A stretch of DNA of 64,000 bases, from IMG/VR virus record IMGVR_UViG_3300042691_055965, positions 165,189 to 229,188 of that record. One strand, given 5' to 3'. This document shows positions 22,019 to 31,831 of this stretch, in pieces (position 1 is the stretch's first letter; every line of letters begins with the position of its first letter). Both the position numbers and the translations under genes were made by a program. The notes under the pieces were generated by a model, which searched no databases, had not been told where the DNA came from, and saw only the letters and a list, made by a program, of their open reading frames with translations.

Positions 22019-22853
22019 AGAAATAAGAAATATACTATTTGAAAAACAAAAAGAGTTTCAATTAACTTTCGAAGAAGACAAACATAAATATACTATGGTT
22101 GATTCGAAAGGGAAAATACGTGACGATTTTCCGTCTGTGTCAAAAGTAATGAAACTTTTCTATGATGAATTTCCAACAGAGGAGGCGGCATATAATAAAG
22201 CGAAAGGTGATCCATATGAAGCGGAAAGATTAATGGAAGAATGGGCTCTTGCGGGTAAGAATTCAACAAATATGGGAAGTAGGGTTCACTATGAATTAGA
22301 AATTGAAACCTTAAAAAGGTTCAAATTAAATAAAGAAGTTAGACAACCTTTATATGAATGTGATTTGGAACTTTTGATGAAGGGAGATAAAATGATTAAA
22401 GCGGGTAAAAAATATTTGGATTTGATGGAAGAACGAGGTGCGGTATTACTTGATACTGAAACAGTTTTAGGACACCCTGAATTAGGGTATACAGGACAAC
22501 CCGACAAAAATTGGTTGATGTTTAATAAAAACAGAACCGGATTTGGTATAGTAACAACGGATTGGAAAACAAATAAGAAAAAAAACTTTGAAAAAAACGG
22601 GTTCACAAAACCAATGAAAAATCCTTTTGAATACTTACCAAATAATGCACTTGGACACTATAATACTCAATTACCTTTCTATGGAAAATTATTACTTAAA
22701 ATGTTAGAAGGTACAAAATATGAAGGTATTAGTTACTATGGTTGTGTCATTGTACACTTAGATGAAGAAACCAATTTTACTGAACACAGAGTATCAAGGG
22801 ATGTGATTGATACAATTTTGAAAATGGACATGAGTAAGTACTTGAAATTATAA
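21996..22853 (+). CDS. PD-(D/E)xK exonuclease
   Basis: PSVS, GSRVH, E, GQPD, DWKT, QL..Y motifs. Confidence 0.75.
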   Translation: MNLKLIAEEIRNILFEKQKEFQLTFEEDKHKYTMVDSKGKIRDDFPSVSKVMKLFYDEFPTEEAAYNKAKGDPYEAERLMEEWALAGKNSTNMGSRVHYELEIETLKRFKLNKEVRQPLYECDLELLMKGDKMIKAGKKYLDLMEERGAVLLDTETVLGHPELGYTGQPDKNWLMFNKNRTGFGIVTTDWKTNKKKNFEKNGFTKPMKNPFEYLPNNALGHYNTQLPFYGKLLLKMLEGTKYEGISYYGCVIVHLDEETNFTEHRVSRDVIDTILKMDMSKYLKL

Positions 22854-22961
22854 ATAAAATAAATTATATTGAATTATGGAATCGGAAATTGAATTTGCAT
22901 GGTGGTATAATACCACATGGGATAAACAAATTGGAAAAATAAAAGTTAATTATATATTAAA

Positions 22962-23210
22962 ATGAAAATTTACATGACAAAAACTTATGAGGTTTATGAA
23001 TCATATGGACCTTTAGAAGTTAATTTAGAAGACTATCCTGAATTAGAAGGAAAAACAGAAGAAGATGTATTGGAATACTTAAACAGTATTATGTATGAAG
23101 AAAACATTAAGAATGGGAGTGAAGACACATTGGTTGATGAGTTTCAGTTTAATACTGAAATGATAAAACAAAAATATACTAACGAAGAAGAAGAAATCGT
23201 TAAATTTTAA
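22962..23210 (+). CDS. small acidic hypothetical protein
   Basis: 82 aa, Glu-rich. Confidence 0.6.
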   Translation: MKIYMTKTYEVYESYGPLEVNLEDYPELEGKTEEDVLEYLNSIMYEENIKNGSEDTLVDEFQFNTEMIKQKYTNEEEEIVKF

Positions 23211-23212
23211 TT

Positions 23213-23428
23213 ATGGATGAAATTATAAAACCTAAAATAGATTTAAGACAACAACCAACTGTTGAATGTGAAGGTTGTAAGTCTATCTTTTTCAAAGAAG
23301 TTGTAATTTTGAAAAAAGTATCAAAAATCCTAACAGGTGGTGGCGAAGATACAATTGTACCATTCCCAACATATTCATGTTCAGAATGTGGACATATCAA
23401 TGAAGATTTTAAAATATTTAACAAGTAA
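23213..23428 (+). CDS. Zn-ribbon protein
   Basis: CEGC...CSEC. Confidence 0.7.
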   Translation: MDEIIKPKIDLRQQPTVECEGCKSIFFKEVVILKKVSKILTGGGEDTIVPFPTYSCSECGHINEDFKIFNK

Positions 23429-23574
23429 TGAATTTTGGAAAACTAACCATATCAGAAATTTATCCACATTTAAAACTGATTGCGGATATGTACGGATTCA
23501 GGTTAAACAGGGTTAAGGAATTTGATATGGTAAGGAAAATATTCATTAACCAATTTTATTGGAACACATTATGA
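23428..23574 (+). CDS. small hypothetical protein (48 aa, not in ORF track)
   Basis: Fills the gap with TAATG and ATGA coupling to both neighbours. Confidence 0.5.
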   Translation: MNFGKLTISEIYPHLKLIADMYGFRLNRVKEFDMVRKIFINQFYWNTL

Positions 23575-23810
23575 CACACAAAGAATTTTATATTTGGTTA
23601 GAAGGATATCTTTATGGTAAACTTGAAAATAAACATATAGACATTTCACCTATTGTTGAAAAAATGGGACAAGTTAAAGACGAAACAAAATTTGGTATTG
23701 CTGAACCATACAGAGTACCTATACCTGTAAATCCATTCCCAATACAGGACAACCCATACAAACCACCTTATGAAATATATTGTGGAAACAAAAATAAATT
23801 AGATGATTAA
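23571..23810 (+). CDS. hypothetical protein
   Basis: MTHKEFYIWLEGY start; coupled to neighbours. Confidence 0.6.
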   Translation: MTHKEFYIWLEGYLYGKLENKHIDISPIVEKMGQVKDETKFGIAEPYRVPIPVNPFPIQDNPYKPPYEIYCGNKNKLDD

Positions 23811-24582
23811 AAAACTTATACACTTTTCTGACTTACACATTCGTCTTTATAAAGATCACGACTTGTACAAGTCAATCTTAGAGACTGCAATCAACCAATG
23901 GAAAGAAATAAACCCTGATAGGATTGTATTTACGGGAGATTTGGTTCATTCTAAAAACCAAATGACTCCTGAACTAATTGAAATGGTTAGATGGTTACTT
24001 TTGGAATGTTCTTTTATTGCAAAAACAATCATTATACCGGGTAACCACGATTTTCTTGTAAATAATGTTGAAAGGTTAGACGCACTTACACCTGTCATAA
24101 GTTCGTTAAATAATGAAAACATAGTTTATTACAAAGACAGAGGGGTATATGAAGATGATAATATCAGTTGGTGTGTTTATTCACAATACCAAGGTAATGT
24201 ACCACCTGACTTAAACGATGCAAAAGGTATAAAAGTTGGGTTGTTTCATGGACCGATTCAGGGAATGAAAACGGATTTGGGGTTCGATTTTGGTGAAGAA
24301 GCGTATGATGTTGAAAAGTTCAACGGACTTGATATCGTATTATGTGGTGATATTCACAAAAGACAAGAGTTTAAATTCAAAACAGGAAAAGGTTATATGA
24401 TTGGTAGTCCAATTCAACAGAATATTGGGGAAAGTATCAGAAATCATGGTTTTGGAACTTACGATTTTGAAACCAAACAATATACATATACTGATTTGGA
24501 AAATCCAAAACCTTTTTTAAAGTTCACAATAAATAGTTTTGAAGACATAGAAAATGGAGCTGAACTTCTCAAAAATCTTTGA
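23803..24582 (+). CDS. SbcD/Mre11/gp47-like metallophosphoesterase nuclease
   Basis: SDLH, GD, PGNHD, FHG, GDIH motifs. Confidence 0.85.
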   Translation: MIKKLIHFSDLHIRLYKDHDLYKSILETAINQWKEINPDRIVFTGDLVHSKNQMTPELIEMVRWLLLECSFIAKTIIIPGNHDFLVNNVERLDALTPVISSLNNENIVYYKDRGVYEDDNISWCVYSQYQGNVPPDLNDAKGIKVGLFHGPIQGMKTDLGFDFGEEAYDVEKFNGLDIVLCGDIHKRQEFKFKTGKGYMIGSPIQQNIGESIRNHGFGTYDFETKQYTYTDLENPKPFLKFTINSFEDIENGAELLKNL

Positions 24583-25246
24583 TAAAAAAATAATGCAGGC
24601 GGTGTCTGCATTTTGTAAATTAAATAAAATCGAAGATTATGAAATGTTTGTAAAAAAATGTTTTACAGATGGGTTCAATATTGAAAAGTACGGGCTTTTG
24701 GGAAAACCACTTAATGAAGGTGAAAAAGACTTAAAAATAGACGGGATTCGAGAAAAATGGGTGGAAAAGGAGGTAATTATTGAAAAACGAGTGGAAATTC
24801 CTGTTGAAGTAATAAAAGAAGTTGAAAAAATAATTGAAGTACCAGTTGAAGTTGTGAAAGAAATAGTAATAGAAAAAGAGGTAATAAAAGAAGTTCCTGT
24901 TGAAAAAATTGTCACAAAAATAGAGTATGTAAGTGACAAAAGTACCGAAGAAGAACTAATCAATAAGTTGAATAGTTTACAAGATGAAATGTCTAAAAAA
25001 GATGAAAAGTTAGACGAATTTAGACGTACTTTAGACATTTCTAGACAAACTTTAGCTGAACAATCAAATAATGAAAAGACAAACCTCCTTCAACAAACTA
25101 TACAAAATTTGAATAATGAAATAAGGGAATTAAAAAAAATAAATAAAGAATTAGAAAAAAAATTGTTAGAAACCCCAAGTCAACCTGGCGACATTTCCGC
25201 CAAGTTCTATGGTAGTTCTAACCTAAACGATGATATATACAAATAA
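24554..25246 (+). CDS. coiled-coil protein with (EK..V/I.VP) repeats
   Basis: EKRVEIPVEVIKEVEKIIEVPVEVVKE repeats followed by a heptad region. Confidence 0.65.
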   Translation: MELNFSKIFDKKIMQAVSAFCKLNKIEDYEMFVKKCFTDGFNIEKYGLLGKPLNEGEKDLKIDGIREKWVEKEVIIEKRVEIPVEVIKEVEKIIEVPVEVVKEIVIEKEVIKEVPVEKIVTKIEYVSDKSTEEELINKLNSLQDEMSKKDEKLDEFRRTLDISRQTLAEQSNNEKTNLLQQTIQNLNNEIRELKKINKELEKKLLETPSQPGDISAKFYGSSNLNDDIYK

Positions 25247-25247
25247 T

Positions 25248-25643
25248 ATGAATTTAGTAATTTGGGCAATGGTTGCCTACGGAATGACAAACATTTTAGT
25301 TTATGGATCTATTTTTAGTGGTTTAAGAAACGGAATACATAAATGGGGTAATGATGAATATTTACGATTTAATTTTTTAGGTAAATTTTTATCGGGATTG
25401 ATTGGGTGTGTATTATGTACAAGCACTTGGGTTGGGTTTTTTCTATCCATGGCTTATTTTTCACCAAATGTTGAAATAATTGGACTTAATAAAATATTAT
25501 CTGTATTCTTTGATGGTATGTTATCTGCTGGATTTGTGTGGGCAATAAATTCGGTTATTGAGTGGTTTGAAGAAAATCGACCATCAAATCAACCAATAAT
25601 TTTACCACCATCAAAAGATATACAAGGAAAAGAAAACGACTAA
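25248..25643 (+). CDS. DUF1360-like membrane protein
   Basis: Hydrophobic helices with L..C..C...W.G motif. Confidence 0.55.
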   Translation: MNLVIWAMVAYGMTNILVYGSIFSGLRNGIHKWGNDEYLRFNFLGKFLSGLIGCVLCTSTWVGFFLSMAYFSPNVEIIGLNKILSVFFDGMLSAGFVWAINSVIEWFEENRPSNQPIILPPSKDIQGKEND

Positions 25644-25654
25644 TAATTTATAAA

Positions 25655-25909
25655 ATGGGAAAAAAGGCAAAAGAACACAGAAAAAGAGTGGCAAAAAGAA
25701 ATGCTAACATTAAACAACAAGAAAAGTATATTCAAAAGGTTTGGCAAGAAGCGTTTGAAAAACAAATGGAAGTGTTAAAAGAAAAGTTCGAAACCATGTC
25801 TGGTGACACTATGGAAGAACTTGTAGGATTATTAGAAGATGAGGAACATTTACAACAAGAAAACCAACAAGAAGAATCCGAGTCAGTTGAACCTGTTCAA
25901 GGAGAGTAA
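25655..25909 (+). CDS. hypothetical protein, basic N-terminus and acidic C-terminus
   Basis: 84-aa ORF. Confidence 0.6.
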   Translation: MGKKAKEHRKRVAKRNANIKQQEKYIQKVWQEAFEKQMEVLKEKFETMSGDTMEELVGLLEDEEHLQQENQQEESESVEPVQGE

Positions 25910-25928
25910 ACCATTTAATTTTAATAAA

Positions 25929-28262
25929 ATGAATAAAGATTTAGATTATTCTAAATTTGTCAACCCAGTCATTCAGGTGACTTGGGAAGACTATGCTGAA
26001 AACTTTACACAAGATAAAATAAAAAGTGTTAAACATTATTTTCAAAAAAAGTATAACACACCTAATGTGAATATCTTAACAAAAGTTAAGAACGTTAAAG
26101 AAGATGGTGAACAAACCGTAGATGTTTCTGTAAATATTATGGACGGAAACTATCAAGTTGATTTACTAAAACAATACTTAAAAAGTAAGGGATTAGAAGA
26201 ATATACTGAAAAAGTATTAAATCACAATAGAATTGTTGAAAATAAAATGCAAGAAAATGAAACAGATTCGTCTGTGTTCAAAAAGTGGTATATTAAAAAC
26301 ATTGAGTTTTCAAACTTTCTTTCGTATGGACAAAATCAAAAGTTGGATTTTGAAAAGTGTAACGGAATCACGGTTATTGAATCCAATCCACCTAACTTTG
26401 GTGGTAAAACTGTATTGAGTGTCGACTTATTATTGTTTTTGTTCTTCAATGAAACCACAAAAACAACAAAGGCGGAAGAAATATTTAACAGGTTTACAGA
26501 TGCAGATACAGTTTCAGTAAAAGGTGAAATCATTATTGATGGTGAAGAATACGTTATTATTAGAAACATTGAAAGAAAGATGTCCAAAAAAGGTGAATGG
26601 AATGTCAAAACTGAATTGGACTTCTTTAAGAAATTATCAGATGGTAGTCTTCAAAACTTCACAGGTGAACAAAGAAGGGAAACTGAAAAGTTTATCAAAG
26701 ATTCTATAGGTACAAAAGATGATTTCTTGATGACAATTTTGACTACCGCAACAAACCTTGAAGAACTAATAGATTCAAAACCAACCGCAAGAGGACAGGT
26801 TTTATCAAGATTTATGGGACTTGAATTTTTGAAAAGAAAAGAAGATATTGCAAAATCAATCTACTCTGATTTTTCAAAGTCAATGTTATCTAATCTTTAC
26901 AACACCGAAGAACTTAAATCCAAAAACGTTGATAATGAAAACCAAATTCAAGAACAAAAAACATTAGTTGAAGAAAAGACAAAAGAACTTGAAACAATTG
27001 AAGACAACATAACAAAGGGAAAACAATATCGTGATGATATGTTAAAGAAAAAACATACCAATATTGATAATGAATTAAGTAGATTGAACCCAAGTCAAGT
27101 AAAACAAGAAATTGAAGGACACGAATATCAAATTGAACAGACAAAAGTAAAACTTGGAGAACTTAACGTTGTTGAACCAACTGAGTTTTATAAAGAAACT
27201 GAACACGACAAGACTAAAGAAGAATATTCAAAACTTAATAAAGAGTTAATTCAGATTGAAACAAAAATAGAAGAGGTTGAAAAACTAAAGAGTTCTGTTG
27301 AGGGTGGAATCAAATGTGAACATTGTGGGATTGATTTGATGAATGCTAGTATTACACAACAAAAGATATCCGAACTTGATGGTTATATCAGTCAAAAAGA
27401 TAATGTTTGGACTACGATGCAGGTTTTATCAGGCATAGAACAAACTTTTGTTAGGTTGAAAAAAGAGTTTGATGAATATGAAAAAAACAAACTTATCAAA
27501 GAAAAGTATGATGCAACTATTGAAAATTATCAGTTAAAAATTGACGGACTTCAATCAAAGTTGACAGAGTATGATAAGATGTTGGATAAAATTAAAGAAA
27601 ATGAACATATTGATAGTATGTTGATTAAAGCGGATATAAGGTTATCCGATTTAGAAACAAGTAAAACCAATACTGTTCAAACAATTAATAATAGTAATTA
27701 CACCATCAAAACGTTAGAGGAAAACATCAAAAATAATTTGAACACCATTATCAAAATTGCAGAAGAGCAAGAAAAAGAAAAAATCCATAAGATTTTCTTG
27801 GATGCATATGGTAAGAACGGAATATCCAAAATCATAATGAAAACAATGATGCCACTTATCAATTCAGAACTTCAAAGATTGATGGAAGATAGTTGTTATT
27901 TCAAATTGGAAGTTAGAATCAGTGACAAAAATGAAGTAGAATTCATTATGATAGATAATGGTACTGGTGTTGAAAAATTAATGGCGTCAGGTTCAGGTTA
28001 TGAAAGAACGATAGCATCATTGGCATTGAGATCGGTTTTAAGTAAAATTTGTTCTTTACCTAAACCAAATGTTATAGTTTTCGATGAGGTATTTGGAAAA
28101 ATATCAAATGACAATTTGGAATTAGTGTCTGAATTTTTTGTCAAAATAAAAGATTACTTCGAAAAGATATTTTTGATTACACATAATCCGATGGTAAATC
28201 AATGGGCTGATAGTATAGTTAAAATTAAAAAAGAAGATAATATTTCAAAAGTTTATCAATAG
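25929..28262 (+). CDS. SbcC/Rad50/gp46-like ATPase
   Basis: NFLSYG, Walker A-like NFGGKT, coiled coil with CEHC hook, SGYE signature, Walker B IVFDE, ITH. Confidence 0.9.
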   Translation: MNKDLDYSKFVNPVIQVTWEDYAENFTQDKIKSVKHYFQKKYNTPNVNILTKVKNVKEDGEQTVDVSVNIMDGNYQVDLLKQYLKSKGLEEYTEKVLNHNRIVENKMQENETDSSVFKKWYIKNIEFSNFLSYGQNQKLDFEKCNGITVIESNPPNFGGKTVLSVDLLLFLFFNETTKTTKAEEIFNRFTDADTVSVKGEIIIDGEEYVIIRNIERKMSKKGEWNVKTELDFFKKLSDGSLQNFTGEQRRETEKFIKDSIGTKDDFLMTILTTATNLEELIDSKPTARGQVLSRFMGLEFLKRKEDIAKSIYSDFSKSMLSNLYNTEELKSKNVDNENQIQEQKTLVEEKTKELETIEDNITKGKQYRDDMLKKKHTNIDNELSRLNPSQVKQEIEGHEYQIEQTKVKLGELNVVEPTEFYKETEHDKTKEEYSKLNKELIQIETKIEEVEKLKSSVEGGIKCEHCGIDLMNASITQQKISELDGYISQKDNVWTTMQVLSGIEQTFVRLKKEFDEYEKNKLIKEKYDATIENYQLKIDGLQSKLTEYDKMLDKIKENEHIDSMLIKADIRLSDLETSKTNTVQTINNSNYTIKTLEENIKNNLNTIIKIAEEQEKEKIHKIFLDAYGKNGISKIIMKTMMPLINSELQRLMEDSCYFKLEVRISDKNEVEFIMIDNGTGVEKLMASGSGYERTIASLALRSVLSKICSLPKPNVIVFDEVFGKISNDNLELVSEFFVKIKDYFEKIFLITHNPMVNQWADSIVKIKKEDNISKVYQ

Positions 28263-28298
28263 TATTGTTTTTTATTGTATATTTGAAAAAAAAGTAAA

Positions 28299-28994
28299 AT
28301 GACAGATAAAAAAATTTTGGTTAAGGATTTAGTTGTTCATTTAAAAAGAATGGATTTTGTAAAACACATGGTTGATTATATCAACAACGAAATTCCTTTA
28401 ACTATCTTTCCTATTGCAAAAAGAGAAGGGTTAACGATAAATGAATGGGTTAAGGATGTTGAGGATGATACAAAACAACATACTGTATTGACGACTACTA
28501 GAATATCATACGATGGTGTTAAATCATTTTTAGTGTATAGATTTAATAAAATCTTATCATCATATAAAGATGCGAATATTAAAGTACTCAAAATTGCTGA
28601 AGTTGAAAGTACCGATAATGAAGAAATTAAACATAAATCTTTTGACGCTATATTTGATTTTAATGGTGATATTATCATAATTGAGATAAAAGTAACACAA
28701 AGTGATTCAGGATTTACAGGTGCAACACACACAACATCAAAGGCTAATACTTATCTTTTAATTTCTTTAAAAGTTAACAGAAATAAAAAAGTAATAATAG
28801 ATGAAAAATATATTGATGGGGCATTTGCAATGTTGATTAATTTAGAAAAAACAGAATGGAAGGGGGAACCTAAAAAATCGAGTAGTTTTAGCTCATTTAA
28901 GTTATTATCAAAGGATAATCATGATGAAAATATTATTTGTGGTAAACTCAAAAAAAATAAAGTTAATAAAAAGATAATTTTTGAAAAAATATGA
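28299..28994 (+). CDS. putative PD-(D/E)xK restriction-type endonuclease
   Basis: SFDAIF......IEIKVT motif; overlaps the downstream MTase. Confidence 0.5.
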   Translation: MTDKKILVKDLVVHLKRMDFVKHMVDYINNEIPLTIFPIAKREGLTINEWVKDVEDDTKQHTVLTTTRISYDGVKSFLVYRFNKILSSYKDANIKVLKIAEVESTDNEEIKHKSFDAIFDFNGDIIIIEIKVTQSDSGFTGATHTTSKANTYLLISLKVNRNKKVIIDEKYIDGAFAMLINLEKTEWKGEPKKSSSFSSFKLLSKDNHDENIICGKLKKNKVNKKIIFEKI

Positions 28995-29887
28995 ATGAAG
29001 TTATATTAGGTAACGCTATTGAAGTATTACAAAGATATGAAGATAACACGTTTGATTTGACGGTAACGTCACCACCTTACGATAACTTAAGAACGTATAA
29101 CGGGAAAATTAAGGATGAAGTCGTTTTTGAAGATGGATTTAGTTTTCCCTTTGTTGAAATGGCTCGTGAACTATATAGAGTTACCAAAAAAGGAGGTGTT
29201 GTGGTTTGGGTTGTAAACGATCAAGTAAAAAACGGAGGTGAAACTGGTAGTTCATTCAAACAGGCTCTTAAATTTATGGAAATTGGATTTACATTGTATG
29301 ATACGATGATTTATCATAAAAATGGTGCACCATTTCCTGAAACGGGTAGATATTCACAAGTTTTTGAATATATGTTCATATTAACAAAGGGTAAACCAAA
29401 AACCGTTAATCTTTTAAAAGATAAACCAAACAGATGGGCAGGGCATTCAAACTTTGGTGATCCGTCAAAAAGGGAAAAAGATGGAAACTTGAAAAAAGTT
29501 GATAAGTTTACTGTTGCTGAATTTGGAACAAGGTATAATGTTTGGTATATAAATAATGGAAAAGGGTTTTCATCCAAAGACGATATCGCATTTCAACATC
29601 CTGCAATATTTCCTGAATCACTTGCCGAAGATCACATTTTATCTTGGAGTAATGAAGGTGATTTGGTATTGGATCCGATGTGTGGCAGTGGAACAACATT
29701 GAAAATGGCAAAATTAAATAACAGAAATTATGTTGGAATCGACATCAATGTTGAGTATGTTGAGTTGTCAGAAAAAAGAGTAGAATCGGTAGTACCATAC
29801 ACTGAAGAAAATATAAATCCAAAGGTTAAATTTATATTATCTAAACAGGATGCATTGTTGAAAAGAAAAAGTAAAAAAGAAATTTAA
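28991..29887 (+). CDS. beta-class N4-C/N6-A DNA methyltransferase
   Basis: TSPPY, HPAIFP, LDPMCGSGTT. Confidence 0.9.
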   Translation: MNEVILGNAIEVLQRYEDNTFDLTVTSPPYDNLRTYNGKIKDEVVFEDGFSFPFVEMARELYRVTKKGGVVVWVVNDQVKNGGETGSSFKQALKFMEIGFTLYDTMIYHKNGAPFPETGRYSQVFEYMFILTKGKPKTVNLLKDKPNRWAGHSNFGDPSKREKDGNLKKVDKFTVAEFGTRYNVWYINNGKGFSSKDDIAFQHPAIFPESLAEDHILSWSNEGDLVLDPMCGSGTTLKMAKLNNRNYVGIDINVEYVELSEKRVESVVPYTEENINPKVKFILSKQDALLKRKSKKEI

Positions 29888-29961
29888 ATATTTATATATA
29901 GAATATGTTTGTGGTTAATAGAATTATACGTAAATTTGTTTTGTGGTTAACAACAAAGAAA

Positions 29962-30552
29962 ATGAGTAGAAAAAAAACTAATACAAAACAAAAAAAAGAC
30001 CCCCAATATATGTTATTTGTTTTTGGGGATTTAGCCGAATCAAGTGAGGTTACACAATACATTTCTAGTCAATTACTTACAATTGTTAGTTCACAGTTTT
30101 TGAAATATACTTATGGTGAATATGGAATTGTTTTCAACTTTAGAAGTGATGAAACATTCGATGACTTGAAAGAATATGTTGATATGGCTCTTTCAGATTT
30201 AACCGACCAGTACTTCTTATTAGAAACAACAAAAAACTTTGAAATAAAAATGCCAAGAAAGATGAAAAAAGATTTCTTGAACATAGACAACCAATTAAGT
30301 AACGATATACCAATTGCGGGTTCTATTTCGAAAGAAGAAAAACCTAAATTTAATTGGGATGAGAAAAAAATTATTACTTTTGATTTTTTATTACCGGTAA
30401 TCAATCAAAATTTTGAAAACATAACAGAAGAAATAGTAGAAGAAGAACCGTCAATAGACGACATTTTAGATAAAATATCAGAGAGAGGAATAGATTCATT
30501 AACAAAAAGAGAAACAGAAATTTTAGAGAATTATGGAAAGAGAAAGAATTGA
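29962..30552 (+). CDS. hypothetical protein with C-terminal DUF6576-like motif
   Basis: IDDILDKISERGIDSLTKRETEIL; start placed after the TAAATTTG promoter at 29931. Confidence 0.55.
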   Translation: MSRKKTNTKQKKDPQYMLFVFGDLAESSEVTQYISSQLLTIVSSQFLKYTYGEYGIVFNFRSDETFDDLKEYVDMALSDLTDQYFLLETTKNFEIKMPRKMKKDFLNIDNQLSNDIPIAGSISKEEKPKFNWDEKKIITFDFLLPVINQNFENITEEIVEEEPSIDDILDKISERGIDSLTKRETEILENYGKRKN

Positions 30553-31348
30553 AGAAGTAAAAAACAGTAATCCTTTAAATCAGGATGAAATCCAAATTTA
30601 TTTGAAAGACATTCGAAAGTTAAAAGTAATGACACCTGAAAGGGAAAAGATTCTTTCAGAAAGAATCACGTCAAATAATTGTACAGCAAGAGAAAGGGAA
30701 CTTATCTATAAAGAACTGTTAGAGGGTAATTTGAGATTCGTGATTACTGTTGCTAAACAATATCAAAATCAAGGAATTGATTTATCTGATTTAATTGCTG
30801 AAGGTAATTTTGGTTTAATGAAGGCTATCAAAAACTTTGATTGGAGTAAAAAGAATCGTTTTATTTCATACGCAGTTTGGTGGATTAAACAATCTATCTT
30901 ACAATCACTTAATGAAAATTCAAGAACAATCAGACTACCAGTGAACGTTGTTCAAGATATGCAAAAAGAAAAAAGACAAATCGAAAATACAAATAAAGAA
31001 TTGTCTAGTAAGTTTGCAAATCTACCTAAAATTATAGATTTGGATATGCACATCAATGAAGATGGTGATACATTGATTGATGTTATAAAAAATGAAAATG
31101 TTGAATCCCCTGATGAAATTTTTTCTACACAAGATACTTTAAAAGAAAAAATGATGTCAATTATGTCTGTTTTGGATGAAAGAGAAAGAACAATAGTTGA
31201 AGATTACTATGGTTTGTCAGGAACACCAAGAACATTAGAAGACATTGGTATGGACTTTGGTTTAACAAAAGAAAGGGTAAGGCAAATTAAAGAAAAGGCA
31301 CTTCGCAAGTTAAGAAACGAATGTTCTGAATTATTTGATTATTTATAA
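30533..31348 (+). CDS. RNA polymerase sigma-70 factor (RpoD/RpoS-like)
   Basis: YLKDI (1.2), NLRFVI..AK.Y, DLI.EGN.GL, FISYAVWWI (region 2), TLEDIG..FGLTKERVRQI (region 4). Confidence 0.95.
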   Translation: MERERIEEVKNSNPLNQDEIQIYLKDIRKLKVMTPEREKILSERITSNNCTARERELIYKELLEGNLRFVITVAKQYQNQGIDLSDLIAEGNFGLMKAIKNFDWSKKNRFISYAVWWIKQSILQSLNENSRTIRLPVNVVQDMQKEKRQIENTNKELSSKFANLPKIIDLDMHINEDGDTLIDVIKNENVESPDEIFSTQDTLKEKMMSIMSVLDERERTIVEDYYGLSGTPRTLEDIGMDFGLTKERVRQIKEKALRKLRNECSELFDYL

Positions 31349-31350
31349 AA

Positions 31351-31395
31351 AAATTTGGCAGAATCAAACCTTTATCATATCTTTGTATCACAAAC
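31351..31395 (+). promoter_or_regulatory. Bacteroidota-type promoter, repeat copy 1
   Basis: TTTG at about -33 and TATCTTTG (-7) at 31378; 40/45 identical to 31787-31831. Confidence 0.75.
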
Positions 31396-31409
31396 AAAAA
31401 AGGTAAGAT

Positions 31410-31802
31410 ATGACGATGACTGAAAAAATTACAAAACTTCAAGAGTTGAACAAAGAAATTGGTTCAATCAAAAACAACTTCAAAACTGATATGTTCAATT
31501 TTATTATTGGGGAGTTCGAAAAAAGAGGTTTTGTAACTGATCCACGAGGTAAAGGGTTTGAAAGAGGATTATATAATCCTGAATTGAAAGTGTCAATTCA
31601 TGTTGGTAATATTTCAAATATGTCCGTAGGAATTTCTGTTATTGATATGGTAAATAATGGAATGAATTGGGGAACCGCATACAACTCGTTAACTAACGGA
31701 ACTGAAATCAGGTTTAATTATCTTAAAAATGATTTTGAAAAGTTTTACAACACAACTTTCAAAAATCGTGTAAAAAAATTGGAAGAAATTTTGGCAGATT
31801 AA
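31410..31802 (+). CDS. hypothetical protein between repeated promoters
   Basis: 130-aa ORF. Confidence 0.65.
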   Translation: MTMTEKITKLQELNKEIGSIKNNFKTDMFNFIIGEFEKRGFVTDPRGKGFERGLYNPELKVSIHVGNISNMSVGISVIDMVNNGMNWGTAYNSLTNGTEIRFNYLKNDFEKFYNTTFKNRVKKLEEILAD

Positions 31803-31831
31803 AATCTCTATCATATCTTTGTATCACAAAC
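31787..31831 (+). promoter_or_regulatory. Bacteroidota-type promoter, repeat copy 2
   Basis: TATCTTTG at 31814; direct repeat of 31351-31395. Confidence 0.75.

Noticed and set aside
21996-22853. Cas4/CRISPR adaptation gene
   Set aside because: No Fe-S cysteine cluster and no array or cas neighbours; an ordinary replication-block exonuclease
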